DNA of 64,000 bases from Promethearchaeota archaeon (GTDB lineage: Archaea > Asgardarchaeota > Lokiarchaeia > Sigyniarchaeales > SOKP01): the NCBI GenBank assembly GCA_048937405.1, contig JBHLNF010000009.1, positions 96,001 to 160,000 of the forward strand. The letters run 5' to 3'. This document shows, piece by piece, positions 39,876-50,023 of this stretch. How positions within the stretch are numbered: position 1 is the stretch's first letter; every line of letters starts with the position of its first letter. The notes beneath the pieces were generated by a model. It was not told where the DNA came from. It did no database searches and saw only the letters and a program-made list of their open reading frames with translations. Made by a program: the position numbers and the translations under genes.

Positions 39876-41396
39876 ATGACATCTATACAAGTTTTTGATG
39901 GAAATGATACAATTGGTGGAAATAAAATATATATTGAAGAAAATGGTCATGGACTTTTCCTAGATTTTGGAATGAATTTTAATAAATATGGAAATTTTTT
40001 CCAAGAGTATATTTCACCACGATCTAAGCGAGGACTTCATGATCTCATAAATTTAGATTTAATCCCTAAACTTGATATCTATAGGAAAGATTTAATTCCC
40101 AAAGATTTAGATATTTCATCATACCCTTCATTGAATATAGAGGCTGTACTTCTTAGTCATGCCCATATGGATCATTGGGGAAATATTGGGTTACTCAGAC
40201 CAGACTATCCTATTATTGCCTCTCCTTCTACTATAATGCTTCTTAAAACAATATCGGATAGTTCTTCTTCTAAGCTTGGCTCTAATGTTGTATATTATTC
40301 TCTAAAAACACCAAAAGAAGATGGAAGGATTTTGGATTCCGATCGAAATAAGGTTATCGGTCGTGATTTTGTTTGTACAGATAATTTCTCAGAATCTTTT
40401 CATGATTTCTTTACATCAAATACTAAAAATCGGAAAAAGTTTGAAAAAGGTAATTTATCATCTCTAAAAAACTTCTCTTCTAATTTTGAAATTAATGCTT
40501 ATGAAGTAGATCATTCAATATATGGAGCAACAGCCTATATATTAACTGGTGATAATACTATTGTATATACAGGCGATTTTCGACTTCATGGAAAAAAACG
40601 AAAAAAAAGTGAAGAATTCATTAAAAAAGCTAGAGATGCATCTGTTTTGATAATCGAAGGTACTAGAGTTGCTGGTGATGATATTAATGAATCTGAAGAG
40701 ATTGTATATAATAATTGTTTAGAAAAGGCTGAGAAAGCTAATGGTCTAATTGTTGCAGATTTCACAGCACGTAATTTTGAAAGACTGGAAATGTTTAGTT
40801 TAATTGCTAAAAAATTAGGAAGAATTTTGATAATTACAGCTAAAGATGCTTATTTACTTTATGGTCTCAGAAAAGTAGATAATATTGATAGGATAAAAGA
40901 TTTAAGAGTCTATAATGATATGAAAATTTCAAGTAAAAATTGGGAAAAAATTCTTTTAAACATAGAACCTAAAATAAATTTTATAGATCCTTCCGAAATC
41001 TTTAAAGATCAAGAGAGATATATTATTTGTTTTTCGTTGTATGATATTAAAAATCTATTAGATATTAAGCCAAATAATGGATTGTATATTTATTCTTCCA
41101 GTGAAGCTTTTGAGGAAGAGTCAGAATTCGATTTCATTCGCTTAAGCAATTGGGTAAAATATTTTAATTTTGAAATTGTTGGATTTAACATTAATATGGA
41201 TAAACGCAAACTCAGACCTCAATTTACAAAAGGATATCATGCTTCTGGTCATGTTTCAAAATCAGACTTAATCAGAGTAATTGATAAAATAGATCCTGAT
41301 ATTATAATTCCTGTACATACAGATTATCCTCAATGGTTTAGTAAAAATTTTGAGAATGCTGTTCTTTTAAAGAATAATAAACTCTTTAAAATCTGA
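39876..41396 (+). CDS. MBL-fold beta-CASP ribonuclease, RNase J-like
   Basis: IGGNKI, DFG, SHAHMDH, VDHS, YTGDFR, EGT, HASGH, PVHT. Confidence 0.9.
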   Translation: MTSIQVFDGNDTIGGNKIYIEENGHGLFLDFGMNFNKYGNFFQEYISPRSKRGLHDLINLDLIPKLDIYRKDLIPKDLDISSYPSLNIEAVLLSHAHMDHWGNIGLLRPDYPIIASPSTIMLLKTISDSSSSKLGSNVVYYSLKTPKEDGRILDSDRNKVIGRDFVCTDNFSESFHDFFTSNTKNRKKFEKGNLSSLKNFSSNFEINAYEVDHSIYGATAYILTGDNTIVYTGDFRLHGKKRKKSEEFIKKARDASVLIIEGTRVAGDDINESEEIVYNNCLEKAEKANGLIVADFTARNFERLEMFSLIAKKLGRILIITAKDAYLLYGLRKVDNIDRIKDLRVYNDMKISSKNWEKILLNIEPKINFIDPSEIFKDQERYIICFSLYDIKNLLDIKPNNGLYIYSSSEAFEEESEFDFIRLSNWVKYFNFEIVGFNINMDKRKLRPQFTKGYHASGHVSKSDLIRVIDKIDPDIIIPVHTDYPQWFSKNFENAVLLKNNKLFKI

Positions 41397-41581
41397 TAAA
41401 AAACTATTAAAAATTGAAATTTAGTCCACTTATTTTTTTTAAAAATTAAAAAAAAGGGAATAAGTAAGATTTAAAATAATACTAAAAAAAGTTCATTAAC
41501 TTATTTTTATATATTTCATATCTTCCAAAATTCCTAATACTTAAATCCTTTGCTCTTTTATCTAATTAATAATTACACTTA

Positions 41582-41836
41582 TTAATAAAAAGACTTTCGG
41601 CCTTGAGAACTCGTTCGAGGTCCTTTTTCAATTACATTCACATTACTTGCTTGTGGTCCTTTTTGACCTTCTGTAACTTCATATTCTACAATATCTCCTT
41701 CATAAACAATCTTGAATTCGCCTTCTTCACCTTTTATAGCAGAATAGTGAACAAAAATATCAGGAGAACCATCGTCGGGAGTAATGAAACCATAGCCCTT
41801 TTTTTTGTTAAACCATTTAACTGTTCCTTTTCCCAT
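41582..41836 (-). CDS. cspA: Cold-shock domain protein
   Basis: [13 protein letters not shown] (RNP1), IFVHYSAI (RNP2), KGPQA. Confidence 0.95.
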   Translation of the reverse strand: MGKGTVKWFNKKKGYGFITPDDGSPDIFVHYSAIKGEEGEFKIVYEGDIVEYEVTEGQKGPQASNVNVIEKGPRTSSQGRKSFY

Positions 41837-42152
41837 TTAAAAAACCTGTATAAATTGGGATTATTAAAATTAAGTATTTCTTTGTAATAAGTTTATGCTA
41901 GACTCTTAAAAAAAGTAAAATTATACTCATTTTATTTCCAATAATAATATCAAATGAATATAAAAGATATAGTTTTTATAAAAAATACTTACAATATGAA
42001 TTTCAAAATTTTCAGATCAAATAGATTTTATACCACATTAAAATTAAAGCCTCGAGGTATTATAAAATAACATTTTTCGATTATTTGAAAAACTATATGA
42101 GGAAATTATAATTTTACACATTATCATTTTACTGATAATTTAAAATACAGAA

Positions 42153-43427
42153 ATGTTAAAAAGAATTCAAGACAAAAATATCCATGTCAATAACTCAAAA
42201 GTAATTAATCGGACATGGCCTTTATTTACAATTGCATTTGTAAGATTATTATATGTATCCATTTTTGAAAGAGCTTTAGCAAATTACCTTTATTTTGTTG
42301 TTGATATAAGCGCAAGTACTCTAGGATTTATAAGTTCCGTGGGTGCTCTTATATATATCGTTGGTCCACTTTTTGGGCAATTTATTACCAAGAAATATTT
42401 AGGGATTCGTAATGCACTCATTCTAAACTGTTTTTTAACAGTCGGATTAACAGGAGCACAAATTTTTTATCCTGAAGTGTGGTTCTTAATAATATGTCGA
42501 ATTTTATTAGGATTAGCAATGGGATTATTTTGGCCAAATTGCCTTACATTACTGAGTCAATGGCAAGGAATAGATAGTAAGGAGAAATCGAAGAAGAATT
42601 TTTCATTATTCAATCTTTCTTGGAATTCTGGTTATATTGGTGGACTTTTTCTTGGGTTTATATGGGCTTTAACTTGGAATGATTATTTTGCAATGATAAT
42701 GTCCTGGTTAATATCATTTATATTAATTCCTGTTGGATTTTTTTTAGAAAAAGATACAGAAATTGAGACTTCTGAAAAACTTATAATTTATCAATCAGAG
42801 GATCCCCTTTCTCATTTAGATATAAAAGAAGATTTATCTGTTAATTCTCACACACCTATGATTATATTTCCTATATTATTTTCATGGATAAGCATTATCT
42901 TTTTATCGATATCAAAACCCATTTTCATATTTGGCTATCCTGTGATTTTAAAAGCTTTTGGAGGTTCTTCGGCCCTAACTTATATTGTACAAGGCGGAAA
43001 TCAATTTTTCCAACTTTTAGGATTAACTTGGGTAAATTATATGAAGATACATACAAGAAAAATAGCGACATTGATAAGTATTTCTTTAGTGTCTTTGGTA
43101 GCTTTGACAATTTTCCTTGTAGATGATATCTTATATATAACAATAATTATACCATTTGTTGGATTGTTTTTAGGATTAGTCCACGGATGTGGGATGAAGA
43201 TCATGCTTGAGTACGGTACAGCAGAAAATACTTCAAAATATGCTACTATTAATGAGGTCTTAATAGGGATCGGTTTTGGATTAACTCCAATTGTTGCAGG
43301 ATATGTTGTGGAAGTGTTTATATATGGAATTCACGTTTTTGAAGTATTTTTTGGACTTATTGTTTTATTACCTCTTATATTTCTTTCTAGAAATGTTAAA
43401 CGGGGAAACCCAAAGAATGAAGAATAA
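42153..43427 (+). CDS. MFS transporter
   Basis: ~12 TM in two halves; RILLGLAMG, GFGLTPIVAG. Confidence 0.8.
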   Translation: MLKRIQDKNIHVNNSKVINRTWPLFTIAFVRLLYVSIFERALANYLYFVVDISASTLGFISSVGALIYIVGPLFGQFITKKYLGIRNALILNCFLTVGLTGAQIFYPEVWFLIICRILLGLAMGLFWPNCLTLLSQWQGIDSKEKSKKNFSLFNLSWNSGYIGGLFLGFIWALTWNDYFAMIMSWLISFILIPVGFFLEKDTEIETSEKLIIYQSEDPLSHLDIKEDLSVNSHTPMIIFPILFSWISIIFLSISKPIFIFGYPVILKAFGGSSALTYIVQGGNQFFQLLGLTWVNYMKIHTRKIATLISISLVSLVALTIFLVDDILYITIIIPFVGLFLGLVHGCGMKIMLEYGTAENTSKYATINEVLIGIGFGLTPIVAGYVVEVFIYGIHVFEVFFGLIVLLPLIFLSRNVKRGNPKNEE

Positions 43428-43448
43428 GTTATATCTCTATTTTATTGT

Positions 43449-43928
43449 TTAATCGGGATTTTTACAAATCAATTTGTCTAGATGGGTTGACAGTTCTGAT
43501 TCCAAACTTTGATTAACTGGATATCCTTTTTCTATATGTTCTGAAACGTGATTTCTTAAAAATAGTTCAAGATCAATCGATGTTTCTAATTTCTGTAAAA
43601 AAATATCATCTTCATAATTTGTATCTGTAATCCTAGAAAGGTACATATAAATTATTATACTTATAGCTTCCTCCAAATTCCTAGATCCGACTATTAGAGC
43701 ATAGTCTCCATCAAATAGTGATCCATGATAACTAAAGATATTTGTATTTCCCCATTTCTTAATCTTGTCCTGTAAAAAATTTAATACTCCAAGAATCTCT
43801 AAAGGTGATTTATCTGGGTTAAGTTTAAAGAATATACCACATTCAGCTTTTTGTTCATAAATAGTTAGTAAATTATTTATTTGAATTTTGAGTTTAACTT
43901 TAAATTCAGAAGAATTAATTTTTGACAT
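43449..43928 (-). CDS. Hypothetical protein
   Basis: 159-aa ORF filling the gap; no recognised motif. Confidence 0.7.
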   Translation of the reverse strand: MSKINSSEFKVKLKIQINNLLTIYEQKAECGIFFKLNPDKSPLEILGVLNFLQDKIKKWGNTNIFSYHGSLFDGDYALIVGSRNLEEAISIIIYMYLSRITDTNYEDDIFLQKLETSIDLELFLRNHVSEHIEKGYPVNQSLESELSTHLDKLICKNPD

Positions 43929-44074
43929 ACAATATTATAAACAAATTAACAATTTCTATTATGATTTTCTAGCTTGAGTTATAAAAATGCAAAAATTTAA
44001 ATATTTACTAACAAAAATGTAAAATGCTTTAAAATTAAAACTTAATTATAAATAATTAGAGAGGTGATACCTAT

Positions 44075-44380
44075 ATGATTTTTATAACTACTCAATGGAT
44101 CCCATATCATAAAACTGAAGAATGGTTCAAATTATTTCAAGAAGTTCAAGGTAAATTTCCACCTTATATAAAGAAATGGCAAACTTTCGCTGCTCCTGAT
44201 AAAAATCGGGGAATAAAGGGTTATAATATTATCTTTGTAGAAAAAGGGAAAGCAGATGAAGCAGTAATCGAGGTTTCAAAATTGTTCACGCCATTCTGGA
44301 AAATTGAAGGTTTTTCAATGAAAACTGAGATGGTAATGGCAATGAGAGATGCGGTTAAGGTATTAGGTAAAAGTTTGTAA
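44075..44380 (+). CDS. Hypothetical small alpha/beta protein
   Basis: GAGGTGA RBS upstream; TATA-like element. Confidence 0.75.
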   Translation: MIFITTQWIPYHKTEEWFKLFQEVQGKFPPYIKKWQTFAAPDKNRGIKGYNIIFVEKGKADEAVIEVSKLFTPFWKIEGFSMKTEMVMAMRDAVKVLGKSL

Positions 44381-44416
44381 TCAAGTAATAATCTACTAAT
44401 TCTTTCATTATTTTTT

Positions 44417-46480
44417 TTATTTTTCAAAATATTTTTCTATTTTAATAATCCAAGGATGATTATTAATATTTTCTACTTCATTATTTATATCCTCATCACT
44501 TCGTAAGTTTTTAATAAAAAGATCTAATCTTTCAAATGATAACTGCTTTAGATTTTTAAGATATAAGGATACTCTATTAATTAATTCTGTATTTAAACCA
44601 TCTGATTTAAGCTTACGGGAAAATATAATCTCGCTTATTAAAAGATTTATTAATTTGTTAAAATATTCAATAATATTTTTGTTTTCATCTCTTATAATCT
44701 CATTTTCATTTATATGGATCATTATATCTGCCAATTTATTAAAAACATCATATTCCTCAAGGAATTTGAGTGGTAATCTATTAATATTATTAACAGAAAT
44801 TTCTGTGGTTAAATGTGCTCCCAAATTAAATACAGAATCATAATAAAAGTTCATTACCTTTGAATTCATTAATAAGAGAAGATATTTAATACTAAATTTA
44901 TCATCTAAATTCTCCTTTGGGATTATAGCGATACAAGTACTTAAAGGATAATATTTCATATTGTCATAAGCTACAGTGAGATTTGAACTAATTGTTTGCA
45001 TGATTAATTTTTCAGGTTTTTGAAATATCGATTCATCCCGAGCCCTATGGAGGGCTTTAGGGTCATAATTCACATACAAACCATTAAAATCTATAAAATA
45101 ACGTCCAATATTTTTACCCCTAAGAGTTTTTTTAAACTTTTCACTAACTTTATGATCTTTTAAGAATTTTGTGTCGTTTCCAGTAGCTATACACGTTTTT
45201 GCTTCAAAATAGTCATTTAAAATAAAATCTTTATTATTTCTAATATAATTTATGATTTCAAGTTCATCATGTAAAAGTTCCAAATTAAAGTTATAATTTT
45301 CTTGCTTTAAGTAGATGTTTTGGGGTAATTCCTTGATTAAAATATCTTTAGATGTTATTATGTTTTGTTTATTAAAATTAGTTTTTATTTTGATTTTATG
45401 AGTTTTTATTGGAAGGGTATTTTTTATAAGAATAATAACGGCTTCGGCTGTTATAGAAGGAAAAGCTCCAGCTCCAACATCAATGATTTCTTCAATAGTA
45501 GTATGCTCAAGAAGAAATTTCCTTAGTAAATCATAATTATTAGATCTAATTATATTTTTATGAATAACAAAACAATTTATTGAAAATAAGTTGCATATAT
45601 TAATAGAGCGCTCAATAAAGATTCCAAATGTATTCATTAGACCTTTAGTGGTTTTATATCTTTCCTGGAATATTGCCTTCTCGAGAGGAGAGAGGTTTTT
45701 ATTTGAAATATACGGGGGATTTTCAATTATTATATCAAAACCTCCTCTCTCCATTATTTTTGGGAATTCATAGAACCAATGAAAAGGTTTTAATGTATAT
45801 AGCATTGTCTTTTCCTCTCTTTCTGTTAGATCCAATTTTTTTAAATCTTTATGGGTATGAAATAAATACTTAATTTCATCATAAAAACAGGCATTCAAAT
45901 CTTTATGATTTAAAGAAGTTATTTCTGATTTGTTAATGTAGCCAATTACGGCATTACCTAATTTTAAATTAAAATGTATATTTTGCTTATCATTATCCTT
46001 TTCATTATGAACCAAGTGTTTTATCGTAGCCAATAATCTTTTTTTTGTATTTTCAATTGCATCTTTTTCAATATCTACACCAAATAAATTACGCGAAATA
46101 ATTTCTTTTTTTATCTTTAAATTTGTCCAATTTATTATTCCTAGGCTTCTCAAATTAACCATATATTTTTCTATGACTTTTAAAGCAGCAATTAAAAGGT
46201 GTCCACTTCCAACAGCAGGATCTAATACTTTCAAATCCCTTAATACTTCAAAAACATATTCAAATTGTTCTCTATCAATTTTATCAATAGTATAAACTAA
46301 GGAACCTCTATTATCATTCTCTTTTCGAATGTATTTTTCAAATAATTCATCTATAGATATTTTATTTGTTGAAAATCTCTTATTAATTTTAGTCACAAGA
46401 AATTTATCTATTGTAATTTGAGCAATGTAATTAGTTAAATTTTCAGGTGTGTATACTCTTCCTATCTTCTGTGAATTCAT
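44417..46480 (-). CDS. Orphan N6-adenine DNA methyltransferase (Eco57I/TaqI-like with C-terminal specificity domain)
   Basis: VYTPE, VLDPAVGSG, FGVDI, GFDIIIENPPY, LRGKNIGRY, YLLLLMNSK; no nuclease domain. Confidence 0.88.
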   Translation of the reverse strand: MNSQKIGRVYTPENLTNYIAQITIDKFLVTKINKRFSTNKISIDELFEKYIRKENDNRGSLVYTIDKIDREQFEYVFEVLRDLKVLDPAVGSGHLLIAALKVIEKYMVNLRSLGIINWTNLKIKKEIISRNLFGVDIEKDAIENTKKRLLATIKHLVHNEKDNDKQNIHFNLKLGNAVIGYINKSEITSLNHKDLNACFYDEIKYLFHTHKDLKKLDLTEREEKTMLYTLKPFHWFYEFPKIMERGGFDIIIENPPYISNKNLSPLEKAIFQERYKTTKGLMNTFGIFIERSINICNLFSINCFVIHKNIIRSNNYDLLRKFLLEHTTIEEIIDVGAGAFPSITAEAVIILIKNTLPIKTHKIKIKTNFNKQNIITSKDILIKELPQNIYLKQENYNFNLELLHDELEIINYIRNNKDFILNDYFEAKTCIATGNDTKFLKDHKVSEKFKKTLRGKNIGRYFIDFNGLYVNYDPKALHRARDESIFQKPEKLIMQTISSNLTVAYDNMKYYPLSTCIAIIPKENLDDKFSIKYLLLLMNSKVMNFYYDSVFNLGAHLTTEISVNNINRLPLKFLEEYDVFNKLADIMIHINENEIIRDENKNIIEYFNKLINLLISEIIFSRKLKSDGLNTELINRVSLYLKNLKQLSFERLDLFIKNLRSDEDINNEVENINNHPWIIKIEKYFEK

Positions 46481-46600
46481 TTTTTATATATTAATATTTT
46501 ATAGAGATGAAATGATAATAATTTTGATTCTCTTTTTAATAAATATAATTGAGTTAATATGAATTATTAATAACAATATTACGATCCTAATCTAGCAAAT

Positions 46601-46819
46601 ATGGAAGAATTTAGCAAACTAGATAAAAAAATTCGAAATGTCTCTTTATTAGTAATATTAATTGCAATAATAATCATTATTTTTTGGATGATAAGTTATA
46701 TAGATTCTCCAGAAAATAATTCTCCATTATTAATGGCTATTGGTATTGCGCTTCTCCTCGGAGGAATATTATTATTTACAAAAGTTCAATATATTATTTT
46801 GATGAGGAAACGTTATTAA
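46601..46819 (+). CDS. Small two-TM membrane protein
   Basis: Two hydrophobic helices. Confidence 0.6.
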   Translation: MEEFSKLDKKIRNVSLLVILIAIIIIIFWMISYIDSPENNSPLLMAIGIALLLGGILLFTKVQYIILMRKRY

Positions 46820-46853
46820 AAATAATCTGATATAACCAGACTGAAGCTTATTA

Positions 46854-47129
46854 TTATATTATTAACGTAATTACTAACGGAAAAACTATACTGATCAATA
46901 ATATAATCCAAAACCAAAATGTCCCAAACATTTTAGTTTGTTTTTTATAATTATAATATTCCTCTTTAAAGCGTATTCCAACATCATATATTTCCTCTAA
47001 TTTTGCTTGAAAAAAATTCGCTATTAGAATTAAAGGAAAAATAAGAAATCCATCAATATTTATTCCTCTTAAACCAAAACCTAGCGATATGATGATTATT
47101 CCAAAATATATTGGATGCCTACAGAATGA
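46854..47129 (-). pseudogene. 3' half of the IS-interrupted PEMT/ICMT-family methyltransferase gene
   Basis: Frame SFCRHPIYFG...QAKLEE...FKEEYYNYKKQTKMFG...* joins in frame to ...LTNGIY at 48580. Confidence 0.92.
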
Positions 47130-47330
47130 GTGAACTACACACAGCCGAAAGGCTGTCGCTTCCTACGAGTGCGCAACCGCTTCTACTACGGGTTGGTCTG
47201 TATGTCGTAGAAAACCATTCCATCGTGTTAGGAATGATTCCTCGTTCACGGAGGATTCATGCGATAAGAAATCGAATTTATGTTTCTCTGATAAAAACCG
47301 GATCATGATATTAATTGCTGAGTTGAGATC
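47130..47330 (-). ncRNA. Predicted right-end/omega RNA scaffold of TnpB (5' boundary approximate)
   Basis: GC-enriched region overlapping the tnpB 3' end with ACAGCC-TTTC-GGCTGT hairpin; inferred from family knowledge. Confidence 0.55.
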
Positions 47331-48461
47331 TCGGTCAATACGATTTCCACAATCACAAATAATAAATCTCTCAAAAATTACCCTATTTTTGAGCTTTCCA
47401 CATTTGCAGCAGGCTTTTGTAGTCTTGAATTCGTCAATTCTTATTACTTTTTTACCCATTTTTTCTGCTTTGTAGGTTAAGAATTCGACAAATCGAGACA
47501 AATAGCCTGTGTTGTGAACCGAATGGTTGAGTGTGTGATTTAACCTATTCTTTTTAGCATTACCCGTTCCTTTCTTCTTTTGAGCCATCTGTTTTACTTT
47601 TAAATCTCCAACAATAATCGTGTTCGCTTTGGTATTAGTTACAATTTGGTTTGAGAGCCAATGCTGGAAATCTTTCAGTTGATAAGCGCATTTTTTAATC
47701 ATCCGAAGCAGTTTTGAATGATACCAATGCCATTTATTACTGTATCTCTTACAATGATCTCGTTTTGAGTGGACTTCTTCTATTTTTTTTTTCCAATAGA
47801 GGTCTGCTCTTCTGTGAGTGAATTGTACTGAGTTTCCAGAAAGGTTTATCCCTACAGTTTGATTTATTCCTAAATCAATTGCTTGATAAGAGCGATTATC
47901 ATAATATTCAGGGACGTTGAGATCGTATGTGAGGGAAATATACCATCTCTCATCAGACTGAAAAAGTTCTATTTGCTTAATAGTCCCTTGAGGAATGAGA
48001 TGAGAGGGAACTTCAAATTCAAGTATGATATTCGAAGGATGTTTATGAGAGAAGATGATTGAACTCTCTTGTAATTTAAAACCAGATTGATTATAACAAA
48101 GGGTGGTGAAATACTTCTTCCCTTTAAATCGGGGGGATCTTGCATCTTTATCTCCCTTTTTCCATAACACAAAGAAGGATTTATAGTTTGCATCGAGTTT
48201 TTTCAGTACTGTCTGGAGAACTTTTGAATATACCCATTTATATTCTGGATATTTCTCTTTTAATTCCGGTAATGCTCTTGATTGGATAAGATAATTAAGA
48301 TAGCGACGTTTTTCTCGTGGAAGATCCTTATTTTTGTACCAATTTTCCATTCGTTCAGCTAACGCAAAATTATATAAGAGGCGACATTTGTCTGATAAGA
48401 TCCAAAGAAGGAGTTCTTGCTTTTCAGAAGGGAATATCCTAATTCTTTGCGTTAGCTTCAT
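47163..48461 (-). CDS. tnpB: TnpB RNA-guided endonuclease
   Basis: MKLTQRIRIFP (likely start 48461), CRLLYNFAL, PRFK, AIDLG, IVGDL, IDEF, CCKC..CDC, DRDLNSAINI. Confidence 0.93.
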   Translation of the reverse strand: MKLTQRIRIFPSEKQELLLWILSDKCRLLYNFALAERMENWYKNKDLPREKRRYLNYLIQSRALPELKEKYPEYKWVYSKVLQTVLKKLDANYKSFFVLWKKGDKDARSPRFKGKKYFTTLCYNQSGFKLQESSIIFSHKHPSNIILEFEVPSHLIPQGTIKQIELFQSDERWYISLTYDLNVPEYYDNRSYQAIDLGINQTVGINLSGNSVQFTHRRADLYWKKKIEEVHSKRDHCKRYSNKWHWYHSKLLRMIKKCAYQLKDFQHWLSNQIVTNTKANTIIVGDLKVKQMAQKKKGTGNAKKNRLNHTLNHSVHNTGYLSRFVEFLTYKAEKMGKKVIRIDEFKTTKACCKCGKLKNRVIFERFIICDCGNRIDRDLNSAINIMIRFLSEKHKFDFLSHESSVNEESFLTRWNGFLRHTDQPVVEAVAHS

Positions 48462-48579
48462 TTCTATAATGAGAGTACACCGCAAATTAAAAAAGAGGAG
48501 TGGATAAAGATTTAGTGATTTTTTCTTCATGCTCAATTCATCATCTCCCTAAAAGGAGGTGTATTCTTGAGCTTTTGTA

Positions 48580-48954
48580 ATAAATTCCATTTGTTAATAA
48601 TTTGCTAACAGTATCTTTGGCTCCAACCACTCTACGCATTAAAATAGTCCTTAATAATATTAATATTCCTAAAATCATTAATATTAACCCTAGAATATCA
48701 AACCATCTTACATTAAAAGGATCTTTAAAAATTGAAGGTTTTTGAATTATTTCCTCTTCAGAAGGAATTATCATTGGCGCATAGCAAAAGAAATTAAAAA
48801 GAATGACTGAAATAATGTTAATAGTGGTGTTTTCTAATATTTCCGTATATTTATCACGATTTTTAAGAAAATAAGCAAATATCATTATAAGAACAAATAA
48901 ACTTCCTATTAGGCTTAATCTAAATATCCATAATATCGACATTTTGTTCACCAA
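48580..48954 (-). pseudogene. 5' half of the IS-interrupted PEMT/ICMT-family methyltransferase gene
   Basis: TM segments then KLLTNGIY; the last 12 aa of the track ORF are IS-derived. Confidence 0.9.
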
Positions 48955-48975
48955 ATTAATTTTTTATCATGTAAT

Positions 48976-49542
48976 TTATTCTTTTATTATTTTGAAAGGT
49001 AAATATCTTCCTACTCTATTTTTGTAGTTTTTATAATCATCGCCAAATCTTTGAAGTAGAAATTTTTCCTCATCGATGGCTTTTGAATTAAAAGTAATTA
49101 TATTAAAAATAGCGATTAATAAGACAATTATAGTTGGAATTATTAGAAAAGAACCGAAAACAAGTAAAAATACCCCAAAAACGATAGGGTTTCTCATAAT
49201 TCTATAAATTCCTGTAGTAATAAGCTCAGTTTCGTCTATAGGGAGTTCAATCCTAAAGTTAATCCCAAGTGCTACAATTCCCAATATTTCCAATAAAAAT
49301 CCAAATGAGATAAGAATCATCCCAGTTATAATAATCATGTCATTCGATAAGAAATTTAAATGCCAGAAAGTCTCAATTAAATTATTGAAAAATATATATA
49401 AGATAATCAGAACTAACCATAAGAATATCGATACCGAACTAAACTGTGTCAATATAGCAGATCCCTCATGAGTACCATGAGGATTACTACCGCTTTTTTT
49501 TACTACTATAAGAGGCCAAATAAAGCCAATAATAAATAACAA
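48976..49542 (-). CDS. Isoprenylcysteine carboxyl methyltransferase/PEMT-family membrane protein (start uncertain)
   Basis: LITTGIYRIMRNPI, DEEKFLLQRFGDDYKNYK..VGRY. Confidence 0.88.
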   Translation of the reverse strand: MLFIIGFIWPLIVVKKSGSNPHGTHEGSAILTQFSSVSIFLWLVLIILYIFFNNLIETFWHLNFLSNDMIIITGMILISFGFLLEILGIVALGINFRIELPIDETELITTGIYRIMRNPIVFGVFLLVFGSFLIIPTIIVLLIAIFNIITFNSKAIDEEKFLLQRFGDDYKNYKNRVGRYLPFKIIKE

Positions 49543-50023
49543 TATAGAAATAATAAAAAATGTTTTAATATAGATTGTATCGATAATTTCTTCTCACCAC
49601 GTTTTATCCTATTACCTATTTTCTGTATAATTTAGAAATTTAACCATCCTATTGATAAGGGAAGAAATAACTCTATCCCGATCCGCTTCTATCTTATTAA
49701 TAAATCTATCAGAATGCATTATATTTAAGTCTTTTAGTCACACCTAATTTATCTAAAAAAATATTTGTGAAGGGATAATGTTAAAGGATAATCTATGAGA
49801 TTTATGAATGAATAAATAAATATTTGTGTTCTCCAATTCACTTTCCATACACTAATCTTTCTATTATATCTTAAAAGTATCAATCCAAAAGAAATTAATA
49901 TTTCATAAAAAGAGAAATTGATAAAATATCTTTTTCTTCTGACTCAACAATTCAATAGATTGTTTTTATTTGAGTACTAATTTCGAGTATTTAAAATTAT
50001 TATTAATTTTAAAAATGAAGATT

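Larger units (their letters stand above)
47130..48579 (-). mobile_element. IS200/IS605-family element, tnpB only (IS1341-like, non-autonomous), 1450 bp
   Basis: Inserted 3' of TTTAT, ends ...GTAGTTCAC, no target duplication; subterminal hairpins at both ends; excision restores GIY|SFCRHP. Confidence 0.92.

Noticed and set aside
47111-47308. 65-aa plus-strand ORF
   Set aside because: Antisense to the tnpB 3' end and spans the IS junction
48541-48954. 137-aa ORF as a complete gene
   Set aside because: Its last 12 residues are read-through into the IS left end; it is the 5' half of a split gene
49612-49719. 35-codon minus-strand ORF (MHSDRFINKIEADRDRV...)
   Set aside because: Too short and no motif or paralog to support it
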